NCBI RefSeq assembly: GCF_000181795.1
Contig: NW_003526945.1
Coordinates: 4,250,667 to 4,310,830, forward strand
From: Trichinella spiralis
Taxonomy: Eukaryota
DNA length: 60,164 nucleotides
Direction of reading: 5' to 3'
Numbering within the stretch: position 1 is the first letter of the stretch; each line of letters opens with the position of its first letter. Both the position numbers and the translations under genes were made by a program. Below the pieces are notes generated by a model, which saw nothing but the letters and a program-made list of their open reading frames with translations, searched no databases and had not been told where the DNA came from. Below, in pieces: positions 26,845-39,617 of the stretch.

Positions 26845-29458
26845 TCAACGAAAAATCACAGTTTGTAAAGCATCCTGAGCATTGACTTCCAATTTAACCA
26901 TAGTACCGTAGCTGAAAGCATACGACACACCACCATCGATTATAACCTGCGCATCAAAACCGCGAGACTTTATCAATAATTGCTTCGCAAATCCACGAGA
27001 TGGAAATGGTAAGAAGGTTTCGTTGAAAATAGGGTCGCGGACCACGTAAGCAATGCCTAAAAAACATTTTCTCAATGAAAAAGAAACAAAGGAATAGAAG
27101 AAAACAAATTAACAATACCGACAGTTTCGGGAGGAAAAGCAAGCTGATTATTAAACTTATCACAAAGACGATTGACAATTTCACTGTCATCATACGGTAA
27201 TTTAACCTTGAGTTCGTCTGAGACTGAAAACGTTACAATACAACAATAATGACCAAAAAACAATAATTATCAATATATCAATATATGCATGTTCATATGT
27301 GTGTGCTTTTGATGCTTACCAATCTTCAGTAAATCTTTCAGGCAATGATCACTAAGTCTATTAATATTGAAATACCAGCTAGTGCTTCCCGTTCCTGTGC
27401 ACGCTGTCAAACCGCTGCTTTTTTGTTTCATGAATGGTCCATCATCCACCTGGAGATCATAATAAGATACACTAAATTAAAAATAAAACATAAAACCCAT
27501 CTCATTTCAAATAAATTTTAGAAAAAACCGGGAGGATAAAGATTCTCCAATGAAGATATCATTGAGTGCCAAATACGGAAGAACACGTGCGTGATGTCCA
27601 ACGTGATCGTTCGGACAATCGGAATGATTGTCATACACTGTTGAGACGGAATTTTCGGTACCCAATCGTGAACGTTCGTGCTCTTGCATGTGGTCAGCCC
27701 ATCGGTATTCCGGGTATCTCATCTAAAACATCTGTCTGTCTGACAATGCGCAAGAACAAAAATCACCAACTCACCTGACAATCGTACAACTCTTCAGGTT
27801 TGTCGAAAGCTCCATCACCAATAAGGGTTATACGAATGCGCTGTCGCCAAATCCACCTGAACATAAACATTTAACTCACTCAAATAAAAAGAAATCCTTT
27901 AACTTAAAATTGCCCGAAAAAAGTTTCTCAAAGGCAATAGGCAACTGTTCTTCGGGTTGCTTCTTCAACAGGCACAAATAACCTTCGGAGCTAAAAACAT
28001 TCAAAATAAAATTATTTTACTGTACATAATATATACAAATTTAAAAACAATTTTTTAAACATTTTCCCATCAAATTCAATTCTATCATCATTTAATCAAG
28101 TCAAAAATTCCATATTGCTACCAAAAATTTACATGGAAAAAAGTAATACTTGATAGGCAATAACTTACAGTATACCTTAATTATACGATTTGCTTTGGTC
28201 GATGAAAAAGAATCGCTTTTAACAATTTATAAAATACTGTCAAATAATTTCAATTCTTATGGTTCAGAAAACATAAACCCTCAATTTGAAATAATATGTT
28301 GTGAAAAACAGTATTCCATATGTACTGTTCCTCAACATCACAATAATTTGAATGTTATTCCTTTTGGTAAACAACAATATTCACTAAATACTCAGTTCCT
28401 ATTCTAGTGAGGTGTCAAATGATAATCATATTACGCTATAGTTGTGGAAGCGTTCAGAACAATTCTGGCGAATAATAAAATAAAATTTCATGCATGACTA
28501 GTCAGTAAAATTGAATGACAATTTTAAATTAAAAATTTCTAATTGGATATAGTAATTACTATTCAAGAACTTTTAGAAAAGCTTAAAATACAAAAATAAT
28601 ATTGAATCATTGATTTTAACGACAAAATATAAGGTAAATTATAGCACAAACCTCAACGGGTCGGTATTAATTCCAATCAATGGTTTGGATCGCTCACGAA
28701 TCTTACTAGCAGCCAACAGAAAAGTACCATCACCTCCGGCTGCAATAACCGCGTCTGCCCAGTCAACTTCTTGCGATTCATATTCCCAACGCTTTACCAC
28801 TTTATACTCAACTTTTCGTTCACTAAAACAATTTATTTATATGATTAGCTTAGTACAAAGCAACTGTGATACCTCAGTTCATGGCAGATTTTATTCAAAA
28901 ACTCATAATGCGTATTATGCTTGCTGACGAGTCTTTCATAGTCAGATCCATTCTGATTTATCTTAAATATCAAAGAAACGAAATTACACTAGCTCAAAAC
29001 AAGGTCTTGGGGCAGTAAAAGCAATTACAGTACCTTGCGCGAGAGTTCAGCTTCGGTGAGATTCTTATTCGAACTTCGTTCATAGTCCAAACGAGTTATC
29101 TTAGAAAGGACGAGCACCTTTTGTGGATTAAAAACGGAAGTACTGCTTCCGATAGCAGGTGATCGAAAATCATCGACATTTCGTGCACTATTCATCGGAA
29201 GGTTCATTAGTGCAGCGGAGTGATACTTTGACAGGGACCTGAACAAAAAACAGCTCTTTTCCAGAAACGGTGTCACTTGACAATGACAACATATACGCGG
29301 AAATTAATTTAAGAACAGCTTATCAAAAAGGAAATTATCGGATTTTTCCTATGTGAAACAAAACACACGGCATACCAAACAGTGCCGGAAGGATAAACAA
29401 CCGGAAATAACCCACTACGGCAGACGGCACCTTTTAATAAAGACAAGTATGGCCGCAT
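26845..29458 (-). CDS. NADK2: Mitochondrial-type NAD kinase 2, multi-exon
   Basis: FNPQKVLVLSKITRLDYE, WADAVIAAGGDGTFLLAA, IGINTDP, SEGYLCL, WRQRIRITL, LPYLALNDIFIGESLSS, QKSSGLTACTGTGSTSW and KSRGFDAQVIIDGG. The probable N-terminus MRPYLSLLKGAVCRS is basic and non-acidic, like a presequence. Confidence 0.9.
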
Positions 29459-30231
29459 TGCGATGGTCGGCAGATTGTAACGGCACAGAGCATTCCTAGA
29501 AGAAGAATTTATGCATGTCAAACAGTTCAAACAGACGAACAAGCTTGACAAGCTCGCAGAAACGGGCAAAACCAAAACACAACAGTTCCCACTAATGATG
29601 ACCGGCCGACCACACGCGTCTTTTCTAAAAATCTTGCACGCAAGCGACAAATTAGCTCTCAATTATAACAATAACGCTATGCGAAACTTAAAGGTAAAAA
29701 AACAAAAACATTTCACAATTAAAAAACACAACAAAAACAAATTTAAAATGATCAACCATTCAACCACAACTGAATAACAAATGTAAACATCCATGTAATA
29801 CTGTAAAAGAAAGTCAAGGTCAACAACATCACTTTCGCACACTTATTGACAAAACTGCAATCACGGCAAGAAAATTAAAACAAACTTAAAATTCAATAAA
29901 TACAAACCATTTCAATTAAACTTTCATGCAAAAAATGGAAGTAAAATAATCAAAAGGCGTTTACAACACAAATAATCTCTTCTGGCAATAGCATCATATT
30001 AACGAAGCCCTACTTCCTGATAACACACACACAACCGCAATACACAATTTGACTGGTTCATTTTGATTTCCGGCACCGCCCTCAACTCAGCGAAACCTAT
30101 TTTCGTTAGTCTGCGTTAGCTATCGTAAGTGCGGCGTTCAGATGTACTCTCCTCTCTCTTGCACTCTTAATGTGGTTTAAATACCGCCATTTATTTTATA
30201 AATACTACATCAAGCAGTAATAATAATCAAT

Positions 30232-31623
30232 AATTTATGCGCCAACGGTCACGGGCGTTAACCAGTGTTTTAAAACTAACTTGCTGCTTAACAGCGAATT
30301 AACCTAAACGCAATTTTCAAATTTCAGCATTTTTCGATGAACATTGACTAAAATCAGATAACGGCAAAATGTTACGTAGTTGTTTAACGTGGCATATATC
30401 ACTGGGACAGCCCAACCGCTTTCTTTAGAATCAGAATATCGACATTACAACAGATTTTATGCATTAATGGACCTATTAAGATAAAGATAATAATTATGCT
30501 TCATTTATATCAACAAATCTGACAATTTGAGTTGAAGAAATATTATTATTAAGAACATACAACTAAACAAGTACATAAATACATCAATGCATTTTACTTT
30601 TTTTTCTTTTTCATCCAAAAAGTATAAGTTTATAGCACAGACATAATAAAGTACGATCACATAATATAATTGGTGAATCAAAAGAATGACATCAGCTTGC
30701 TGAAGCCTCTTCATCACAACTGAATAATGGCTTACAATATGCAGCCATAGCATGCTTCATGGCACTTCTGCTGGTTCGAAAATAGCCATCCCATTGTCTG
30801 ATACGACACCTTTGGCAATTCGTGAATGGCTAAACCATCTGCATATTTGGAGCTCTTCTAGATGAGAAAAGATTTCTTCTAAATGGACTGCCAACGTCTA
30901 TTTGTATGCAGGATCACAACTTGGTTGATCCATTTCAAGCTAGTACTTTTAGTTTCATTTCTACCGCCTTGCGCTCGTCAATCTCAGGTCTTGAAGAAAA
31001 CATTGCAGCTGCTAACCGGTTTCATACCATCTCTATTTTTCCAGAATACCATATGGAGCTTCATTTGATTTCGATCGCTTCTTTGAAACCAGTGGTTTCT
31101 CAGCAAGCTTCATGGTGCTTCTGCTGGTTTGAAAATAGCCATCCCGTTGCCTGATACGACACCTTTGACAGTTCGTGAATAGCAAAAGCATCTGCATATT
31201 TGGAGCTCTTTTAGATGAGAAAAGATTTCTTCTAAATGGACTGCCAACGTCTATTTGTATGCAGAATCACAACTTGGTTGATCTTTTTCAAGACAGTGCT
31301 TTCATGTGTGCCGCCTTGCGCTCGTCCATCTCAGGACTTGAAGAAAACATTGCTGCTGCTAACCGGGTGCATGCCATCTCTACTTTTCCAGAACACCCAT
31401 CTAGTTTCTCCTGTTTCTGATCTTTGAAGGGAGTGCTAGATACCCTTCTGTTAAGCTCGTAGCTTAGAGAATCTGCATATCTTCTTCCGACGAGAAGAGT
31501 TACTTTAGAATTTGAATGTAAAATTTTATTTTTTCCATGGTAAACGTACATCCATATATGCCTGCAAAGCAGATATCATCTATTCCGAAGGGAATGTGCA
31601 ATATCTTCGTTATTACTTATGGG
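30232..31623. repeat. Duplicated block, copy A (~520-bp leader, 2 units of the ~353-bp repeat, tail)
   Basis: Colinear and highly similar to 36141-38940. Units start at 30754 and 31107. Similarity ends at ...ACTTATGGG. Confidence 0.93.
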
Positions 31624-32856
31624 TGCAAGTTAACGGTTCTTGCTTTATTTACTATTCAATATTATATGCATGAGCAAAATAGAATTTTTCTGTAGAATAT
31701 TCCAGAGAACCCATTACCATGTACCGCTGCATAACCGTTTCTTATCGCTATATTAAATGCACCTCTGTAATCACCACGTCAGTTAACATCTGTGCTTTGT
31801 TTTTATAGTACTGGCACGTCCCATCGTGTATGATGAACTGATTTCGGTTGAATAAAATGCTTAGCTTTAAGCGTATCAATGCAGCTGCTGACGTAATGCA
31901 AACGGTTACAGAGCATATTTATAAACGTTAGAATCAATTTCAGATCTTGCGTGATGCATGACTTGCATCTGCAAATGCCCCTCCGAAAATGAGGCAATAA
32001 AATGTTGAGCTGATGATGCCAGATATTATTAACTTATCTAATACTGATTCTTGACAGTGCAATCCAACAATGCCTCAAAAACATTACTAAAATACCATTA
32101 ATTTCCATCATTTCCGTGACCATCTTTTTCAGTTCTAACTCTCTAAAATAGTAAACCAAATGCAACTACAATTTTCATTATCATCAGAAAGCACAAGCAA
32201 TACAATATCACATATCAATATAAGAGTAAAATATACTAACTTGCTCATCAATAAACAAATGTATTCCATTTTCTTTACAAATGACATCAAAACGTATCAT
32301 TGTTGATATGCATAAAATTTCTTTGCAACTTTACGATTATCAATGATAATTCTTTCTACAGTGATCAACACGATTGTTCCACCACAATCAGTTTCCTTCC
32401 AATCATTTTCAACAAACCAACCTCCTTAATAATGATCAGAATAAACACCGTTTGCCAAAAAATGCAAACATAATTTCATTACCTACTTTCTGAAATTCCA
32501 TATTGAGACCACTACTGACGACACTGAGCTATCCAACAACAAATAAACTACTAAAAGTAAGCATACTGCAGACGATAAACATTTCATGAATTATTCTATA
32601 AAAAAATTTAAAATCTTTCATTTGCAACTTTCGGTTTAAAAATATTTTCAATGCATTCTCTTTAAAACCCTATTAAATTTTACTATAAAACGTCTTCCAC
32701 TTAACAATATTCAGAGATATCTAGCCACCTGGAACTATAAATAATATAATGAGCATTTATCACAATACGTGACTTTACATAAAATTTGTCAGGATAAAAA
32801 AATTTAGAACAAAAAATAAAGACTGAAACGAGCGCATGTTTTACCAAGAATTTGTT

Positions 32857-34955
32857 TCATTTGTCAGCACATGAAGAGTCTTTCGATGAGATGGGATATC
32901 GTCCCTCATAAACATCCTTAAGATCTGGATTATTGCTATCAACAGCGCCAGTCAAATATCCTTTGAAAAACATGCAACACAATGCTTGGTATCTAGGTGA
33001 CATTTCATAACGTGGTACATCTAAAGGAATTTCAACATGTATAATAATTAATTTTTTAATACAAATTTCAAATATCAAAAACAAAAAACTATTATAAACT
33101 GTTTTAAAGTAACAATTATGCTGTTAATAGAGCGCTACTAAAAGATGAAAACATTTCAAAGTAATCTTAATATTAATGTAATTAAACGTGAAACAAATCA
33201 CTGACAAAAAGTTGCATCATGATTTCAAACACATTCAGTAGAACAACAATATGCGTCTTTTTTTAAAACAAGGAATTAAAAGTATTACACTATTAATTAA
33301 CAACTGAATTGAATTCATAAATGGTTCTTATAATGTATTATATAAAATTAATTTACGCAAGCATTATAAAGCTAAATAAAAAACGAAGATATCTCATTCA
33401 ATAAAATTTTGAAAATAAAAATAAAAAATAAAAAATCCTACTTATGAGAAGCTGAGAAGCTTTTTTACTCAAAGTCTCAAACAACTGTTCAAGTGCTTTT
33501 CCTTTTGAAGCGCTGACAACCTTTCCGTCAGACATACTAATCATGGTAGGGTCACCGTAAAAAAATAAATGTCGTTGATGTCTAAAATAAATGGAAAATT
33601 TAAATTTCTCTGGAGAATAATAAAAATTCATATTGCCATATACTTCTTTCTGTATGATTGTTCACAGTTACTGTAATATATTTTCAAATCTGGAACGAGT
33701 AAATTGGCTGAATGAAAAAGTCGCCTACAAAATAACTTTTGTTTACTTAAAGAAGATTCAATAAATTAAGCTTGTATGCAAACTTGTCATTAAAAACATT
33801 GCCACTGTTTATTACCTGGACTGATCTTTATCCAGAGTTACTGCACACCGTAATTTTGGCGTCTGAGCAGAAGCCACATCAGCCACTGATTTCAATTCTG
33901 CCATGGGAAGGCAACTATCTTTCATCAACTGCAAATTTAAACAAGTATTCTCATCACAACTGTAAGAAACTTTCTTCTGAAGTTGTGATGATTTTTTCTT
34001 TCGGAAATCATGAAGTATTTTTCGAAATGCAGCCAAATCTTCTTTATCTAAAACTGTTGTTACTTCTACTTCATTATCTGCTACTCGTTGTCCAGTTTTC
34101 ATTTCAGCTATTTGCTCTGGTATCAACTGCGAGTTTAGCTCCACACATGGACCAATATTTGGAATCCCTTGTTGAAATGATAATGGCACAAATGGCAGCC
34201 ATGCTTCAACAAATCCACTTGGTGGAGTAGAAATAAAAGGCGATTCACACGACTCGCCAAATAACTCAGCTTTATTAATCATCTAAAAAACTTTTATAAA
34301 ACAACTCATAAACAGAACATTTTCAACACTACTACTGTACCGAATACAAGGTAGTACAATCGTAATCATGTTGACGATCATCAAAGTAATTACTGCCAGG
34401 AAAAACAGAAGTGTCGAAATAAGTTTGTTGGAAAATGTGTCCAGAAGTATTTGATATTTCTAAATGCAGATTATGCTTATCTTGCAATGACTCAAACTCA
34501 TCATCATTAAAATGAGATGTTCTCTTTGAGGAAATCCGCCGTTCGTGTTGGCTGGTTTCGTCCGCTGGAGTTCTTGATCTAGTCTTCAAATCCAATCTTT
34601 CGTCTTTATCCAATCCACGACAATTCGGTTCATTCACAAATAAACGTTCGCCCTCCGACCTATATTCAACCACATGAACGAGATTTTGTTTCACTGGAAC
34701 CGTGGCAAGCGGATTTATTCCATGCTTCGACTTGAAATCGAAATTGAGCTTCTTTAGGCGATCCAACGCTTGCAACTTTCTTTCAATATCTGCATTTGTT
34801 TGTGTCTCTTCAACTAAGTTTTCAACAATTTTTTCTTCAACTATTTCATCATTGTCCGCGGATACATTGCCGGTAATCGTACTGCCTTTGATGAAAATTT
34901 TCCTCGCTTTTCTATCAATCTTAACTTTCGACATCATTTGACAAAAATGTGGCAT
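32857..34955 (-). CDS. Unrecognised protein of roughly 490 aa, 5 exons (~34955-34333, 34282-33815, 33724-33644, 33581-33443, 33021-32857)
   Basis: Two long ORFs (207 and 156 aa) plus three small exons joined by GT-AG introns in compatible phase, ending SSKDSSCADK*. There is an in-frame stop just upstream of ATG 34955. No family recognised. Confidence 0.7.
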
Positions 34956-36140
34956 TAACGAAGCAGCTGCTCACAGCGTTCAGAAGCGTAGAATGTGCAG
35001 AATCGACACGATCTAGAAGCAATGAAAACATGGAATTCATACTGTAACACAGGCATTTTGAACAAAAGTACAAATTTATATTTCAAAAAACATTTACGGA
35101 AATATCCTCACACATGAATTATCAATTGATAGACATAAATGAATTAGAGAAATTTTATTTTTTTAATTTTATTGTGTATAAAATATATAATATAAATAAA
35201 CATTGTTAACAATGCAAAACTACAAAAATGATGGTTGAAATGATGGCCGTTTTATAAACTTAGTAAATCTGAATTCAGTTCAGTTACTGCTAAAATTGAT
35301 ATAACTTTCCGAGTATTTCCTGAAATTTATTTTAAGAAAAAACGCTAACTTACCACTATTTATTTACAAAGTAGTTTGTAACACTACTGGCTGAAAATGA
35401 ATAATTGCTGCATAACCATTTGCTATTCTTAAACTAATACCTCTATATAGAAAACAATTGCCAGAAACAAAAAAATTTTCTTTCAAACTGTAAACAATTG
35501 AAATTCAATCACCTTTATTTTCACAAATGAATACCATGTTAACCAGAACGACGTGCAGTACATGGAATGTTCAACTGTGTAAAGCAACTATGCTTAAATA
35601 TTAAAGCAGTTTATTGAATTTTCTCATAGAACAGAATACACTGACTGTTGAACAGCAACAAAATACACAATAACTTAAAAATAAAATGCAAATTACACGT
35701 GTGAATCAATAAATAATCTGCAATTTTACAGTTGTTACGGCCTAATTCCAAAAAATGAAACAACACAACAGTCCCACCTGGACTTTACCTGACAGCACAA
35801 ACACACGACATTACCATATAGAGACAAATGTAAATTAATCAGTTGTAAAAGATATCGGTTGACGAAAACAGCAACCTCGTAATGATTTGATATTTTTTAA
35901 TTTTCACATAAACTTTGGATTATAAGAAAAGAAAACATAAATAGAACACATTACCGAGCGTAAATAAAAGGATCGATAAAGAAATGTCGATGACAAAAGA
36001 GAAATCTAAACACGGCATTTGTAACAGCAGTCGATAACGTAGCATTTTTCTAGTTATATCACTACAATTAAACATTTTACAATTATTAATGTAGATTTAA
36101 AAGAATGATTTTACAAACTACACTACGAGATTACGCAAAA

Positions 36141-38940
36141 AATTGTGCCCCAACGTTCACTGTCGTTAACCCATGTTTTAAAACTCACTTGCTGCTTAAT
36201 AGTGAATTAATCTAAGTGCAATTTTCAAATTTCAGCATTTTTGGATGAACACTGATTGAAATCAGATAACGGCAAAATGTTACGTAGTTGCCTTACGTGG
36301 CATATATCACCGAGACAGCCCAACAGCTTTCTTTAGCAACAGAATATCGACATTACAACAGCTTTTATTCATTAATGGACCTATTAAGATTAGGATAATA
36401 ATTATACTTCATTCATATCAACAAATGTGACAATTTGAGTTGAAGAAATATTATTATTAAGAAATTACAACTAAACAAGTACATAAAAACATCAATGCAT
36501 TTTACTTTTTTTTCTTTTTCATCCAAAAAGTATAGGTTTATAGCACAGACATAATAAAGTACGACCAAATAATATAATTGGTGAATCAAAAGAATGACAT
36601 CAGCTTGCTGAAGCCTCTTCATCGCAACTGAATAATGGTTTACAATATGCAGGCACAGCATGCTTCATGGCGCCCCTGTTGGTTTGAAAATAGCCATCCC
36701 ATTGTCTGATACGACACCTTTGGCAATTCGTGAATGGCTAAACCATCTGCATATTTGGAGCTCTTCTAGATGAGAAAAGATTTCTTCTAAATGGACTGCC
36801 AACGTCTATTTGTATGCAGGATCACAACTTGGTTGATCCATTTCAAGCTAGTACTTTTAGTTTCATTTCTACCGCCTTGCGCTCGTCAATCTCAGGTCTT
36901 GAAGAAAACATTGCAGCTGCTAACCGGTTGCATACCATCTCTATTTTTCCAGAATACCATATGGAGCTTCATTTGATTTCGATCGCTTCTTTGAAACCAG
37001 TGGTTTCTCAGCAAGCTTCATAGTGCTTCTGCTGGTTTGAAAATAGCCATCCCGTTGCCTGATACGACACCTCTGGCAATTCGTGAATGGCTAAACCATC
37101 TGCATATTTGGAGCTCTTTTGGATGAAAAAGGATTTCTTCTAAATGGACTGCCAACGTCTAATTGTATGCAGGGCCACAACTTGGTTGATCTATTTCAAG
37201 CTAGTAGTTTTAGTTTCATGTTTGCGCTTTGGGCTCGTCCATCTCAGGACTTGCAGAAAGCACTGCAGCTGCTAACCGGTTGCATGCCATCTCTATTTTT
37301 CCAGAATACCATATGGAGCTTCATTTGATTTCGATCGCTTCTTTGAAACCAATGGTTTCTCAGCAAGCTTCATGGTGCTTCTGCTGGTTTGAAAATAGCC
37401 ATCCCGTTGCCTGATACGACACCTTTGACAGTTCGTGAATGGCTAAACCATCTGCATATTTGGAGCTCTTTTGGATGAGAAAGGATTTCTTCTAAATGGA
37501 CTGCCAACGTCTAATTGTATGCAGGGCCACAACTTGGTTGATCCATTTCAAGCTAGTAGTTTTAGTTTCATGTTTACGGTTTGGGCTCGTCCATCTCAGG
37601 ACTTGCAGAAAGCACTGCAGCTGCTAACCGGTTGCATGCCATCTCTATTTTTCCAGAATACCATATGGAGCTTCATTTGATTTCGATCGCTTCTTTGAAA
37701 CCAATGGTTTCTCAGCAAGCTTCATGGTGCTTCTGCTGGTTTGAAAATAGCCATCCCGTTGCCTGATACGACACCTTTGACAGTTCGTGAATGGCTAAAC
37801 CATCTGCATATTTGGAGCTCTTTTGGATGAGAAAGGATTTCTTCTAAATGGACTGCCAACGTCTAATTGTATGCAGGGCCACAACTTGGTTGATCCATTT
37901 CAAGCTAGTAGTTTTAGTTTCATGTTTGCCCTTTGGGCTCGTCCATCTCAGGACTTGCAGAAAGCACTGCAGCTGCTAACCGGTTGCATGCCATCTCTAT
38001 TTTTCCAGAATACCATATGGAGCTTCATTTGATTTCGATCGCTTCTTTGAAACCAATGGTTTCTCAGCAAGCTTCATGGTGCTTCTGCTGGTTTGAAAAT
38101 AGCCATCCCGTTGCCTGATACGACACCTTTGACAGTTCGTGAATGGCTAAACCATCTGCATATTTGGAGCTCTTTTGGATGAGAAAGGATTTCTTCTAAA
38201 TGGACTGCCAACGTCTAATTGTATGCAGGGCCACAACTTGGTTGATCTATTTCAAGCTAGTAGTTTTAGTTTCATTTCTACCGCCTTGCGCTCGTCAATC
38301 TCAGGTCTTGAAGAAAACATTGCAGCTGCTAACCGGTTGCATACCATCTCTATTTTTCCAGAATACCATATGGAGCTTCATTTGATTTCGATCGCTTCTT
38401 TGAAACCAGTGGTTTCTCAGCAAGCTTCATGGTGCTTCTGCTGGTTTGAAAATAGCCATCCCGTTGCCTGATACGACACCTTTGACAGTTCGTGAATGGC
38501 AAAAGCATCCGCATATTTGGAGCTCTTTTAGATGAGAAAAGATTTCTTCTAAATGGACTGCCAACGTCTATTTGTATGCAGAATCACAACTTGGTTGATC
38601 TTTTTCAAGACAGTGCTTTCATGTCTGCCGCATTGCGCTCGTCCATCTCAGGTCTTGAAGAAAACATTGCTGCTGCTAACCGGTTGCATGCCATCTATAC
38701 TTTTCCAGAACACCCATGTAGTTTCTCCTGTTTCTGATCTTTGAAGGGAGTGCTAGATGCCCTTCTGTTAAGCTCGTTGCTTAGAGAATCTGCATATCTT
38801 CTTCCGATGAAAAGAGTTACTTTAGAATTTGAGTGTAAAATTTTATTTCTTCCATCGCAGACGTAAATCCATTTATGCCTGCACAGCTGATGCCATCTGT
38901 TCCAAACGGAATGTGCAATATCTTCGTTATCACTTATGGG
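36141..38940. repeat. Duplicated block, copy B, containing a 6-unit 352/353-bp tandem array
   Basis: Unit starts (GCTTCAT.G) at 36662, 37015, 37367, 37719, 38071 and 38424. Leader and tail match copy A. Confidence 0.95.
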
Positions 38941-39617
38941 CTATTGTACAACATGAATAGTTCGTATAATCTTCAAATGAAATTGAAGTCACCAGCATAT
39001 CAACGTGCTGTGACGTAAGTGTTAGAAGTGTACAGTCACCCTTACAGTATAAAGATGTTCAAGATTGAAACGTGTTCTTCAAATTTTTGCACAATTTATT
39101 TTCTCCGTGCAGTTTTTCATTATTATTGAATAATGAAATTTGTGGTTTGTGTAATTATTTGAAATTTATTATCATATAAATTATATTTTTTGATTAAAGG
39201 GAATGGAAATTTTAAATACTATTGTTAAAAGTATTTACAGTATACTAATAATTGTATTTGTAAATAATTTAATATTGTTATGTATTTTTATCAAGTGTAA
39301 TATAGTATTCTCAGTTTTTTACTTTATTTTCATTTCATATTGTATTTTATTGGGCAGTTTATTGGTAGTGAAACTTGTTCTTTTAGGTGCAGCTTGTTAA
39401 AAAGCTTGTTAGATGTTTTGTATTGATATTGTTTGTAATTTATTATATAGGGTTGCGAAAGTTGGAAGTCTATCTCAACAGAAGTAAATGCTAATGAATG
39501 AATAGAATATTTAGAATTTGTATTTTTCATGTTTGCTTTATTAATTATGTACTAATTTAACGATTCTCTGTTAGTGACTTTGGCGTCTATTTTGAAGAAG
39601 ATTCTTTTCTATCACTG

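Noticed and set aside
32955..32966. ATATCCTTT resembling a U12 5' splice site
   Set aside because: It is antisense to a coding exon, and no U12-type intron was found in any gene model, including the odd MTHFR introns.
36791..38744. Repeated plus-strand 61-98 aa ORFs in the 352-bp array; CRISPR-like appearance
   Set aside because: The ORFs change frame between unit types and recur only because the DNA repeats. There are no unique spacers and no cas genes, and the context is eukaryotic.
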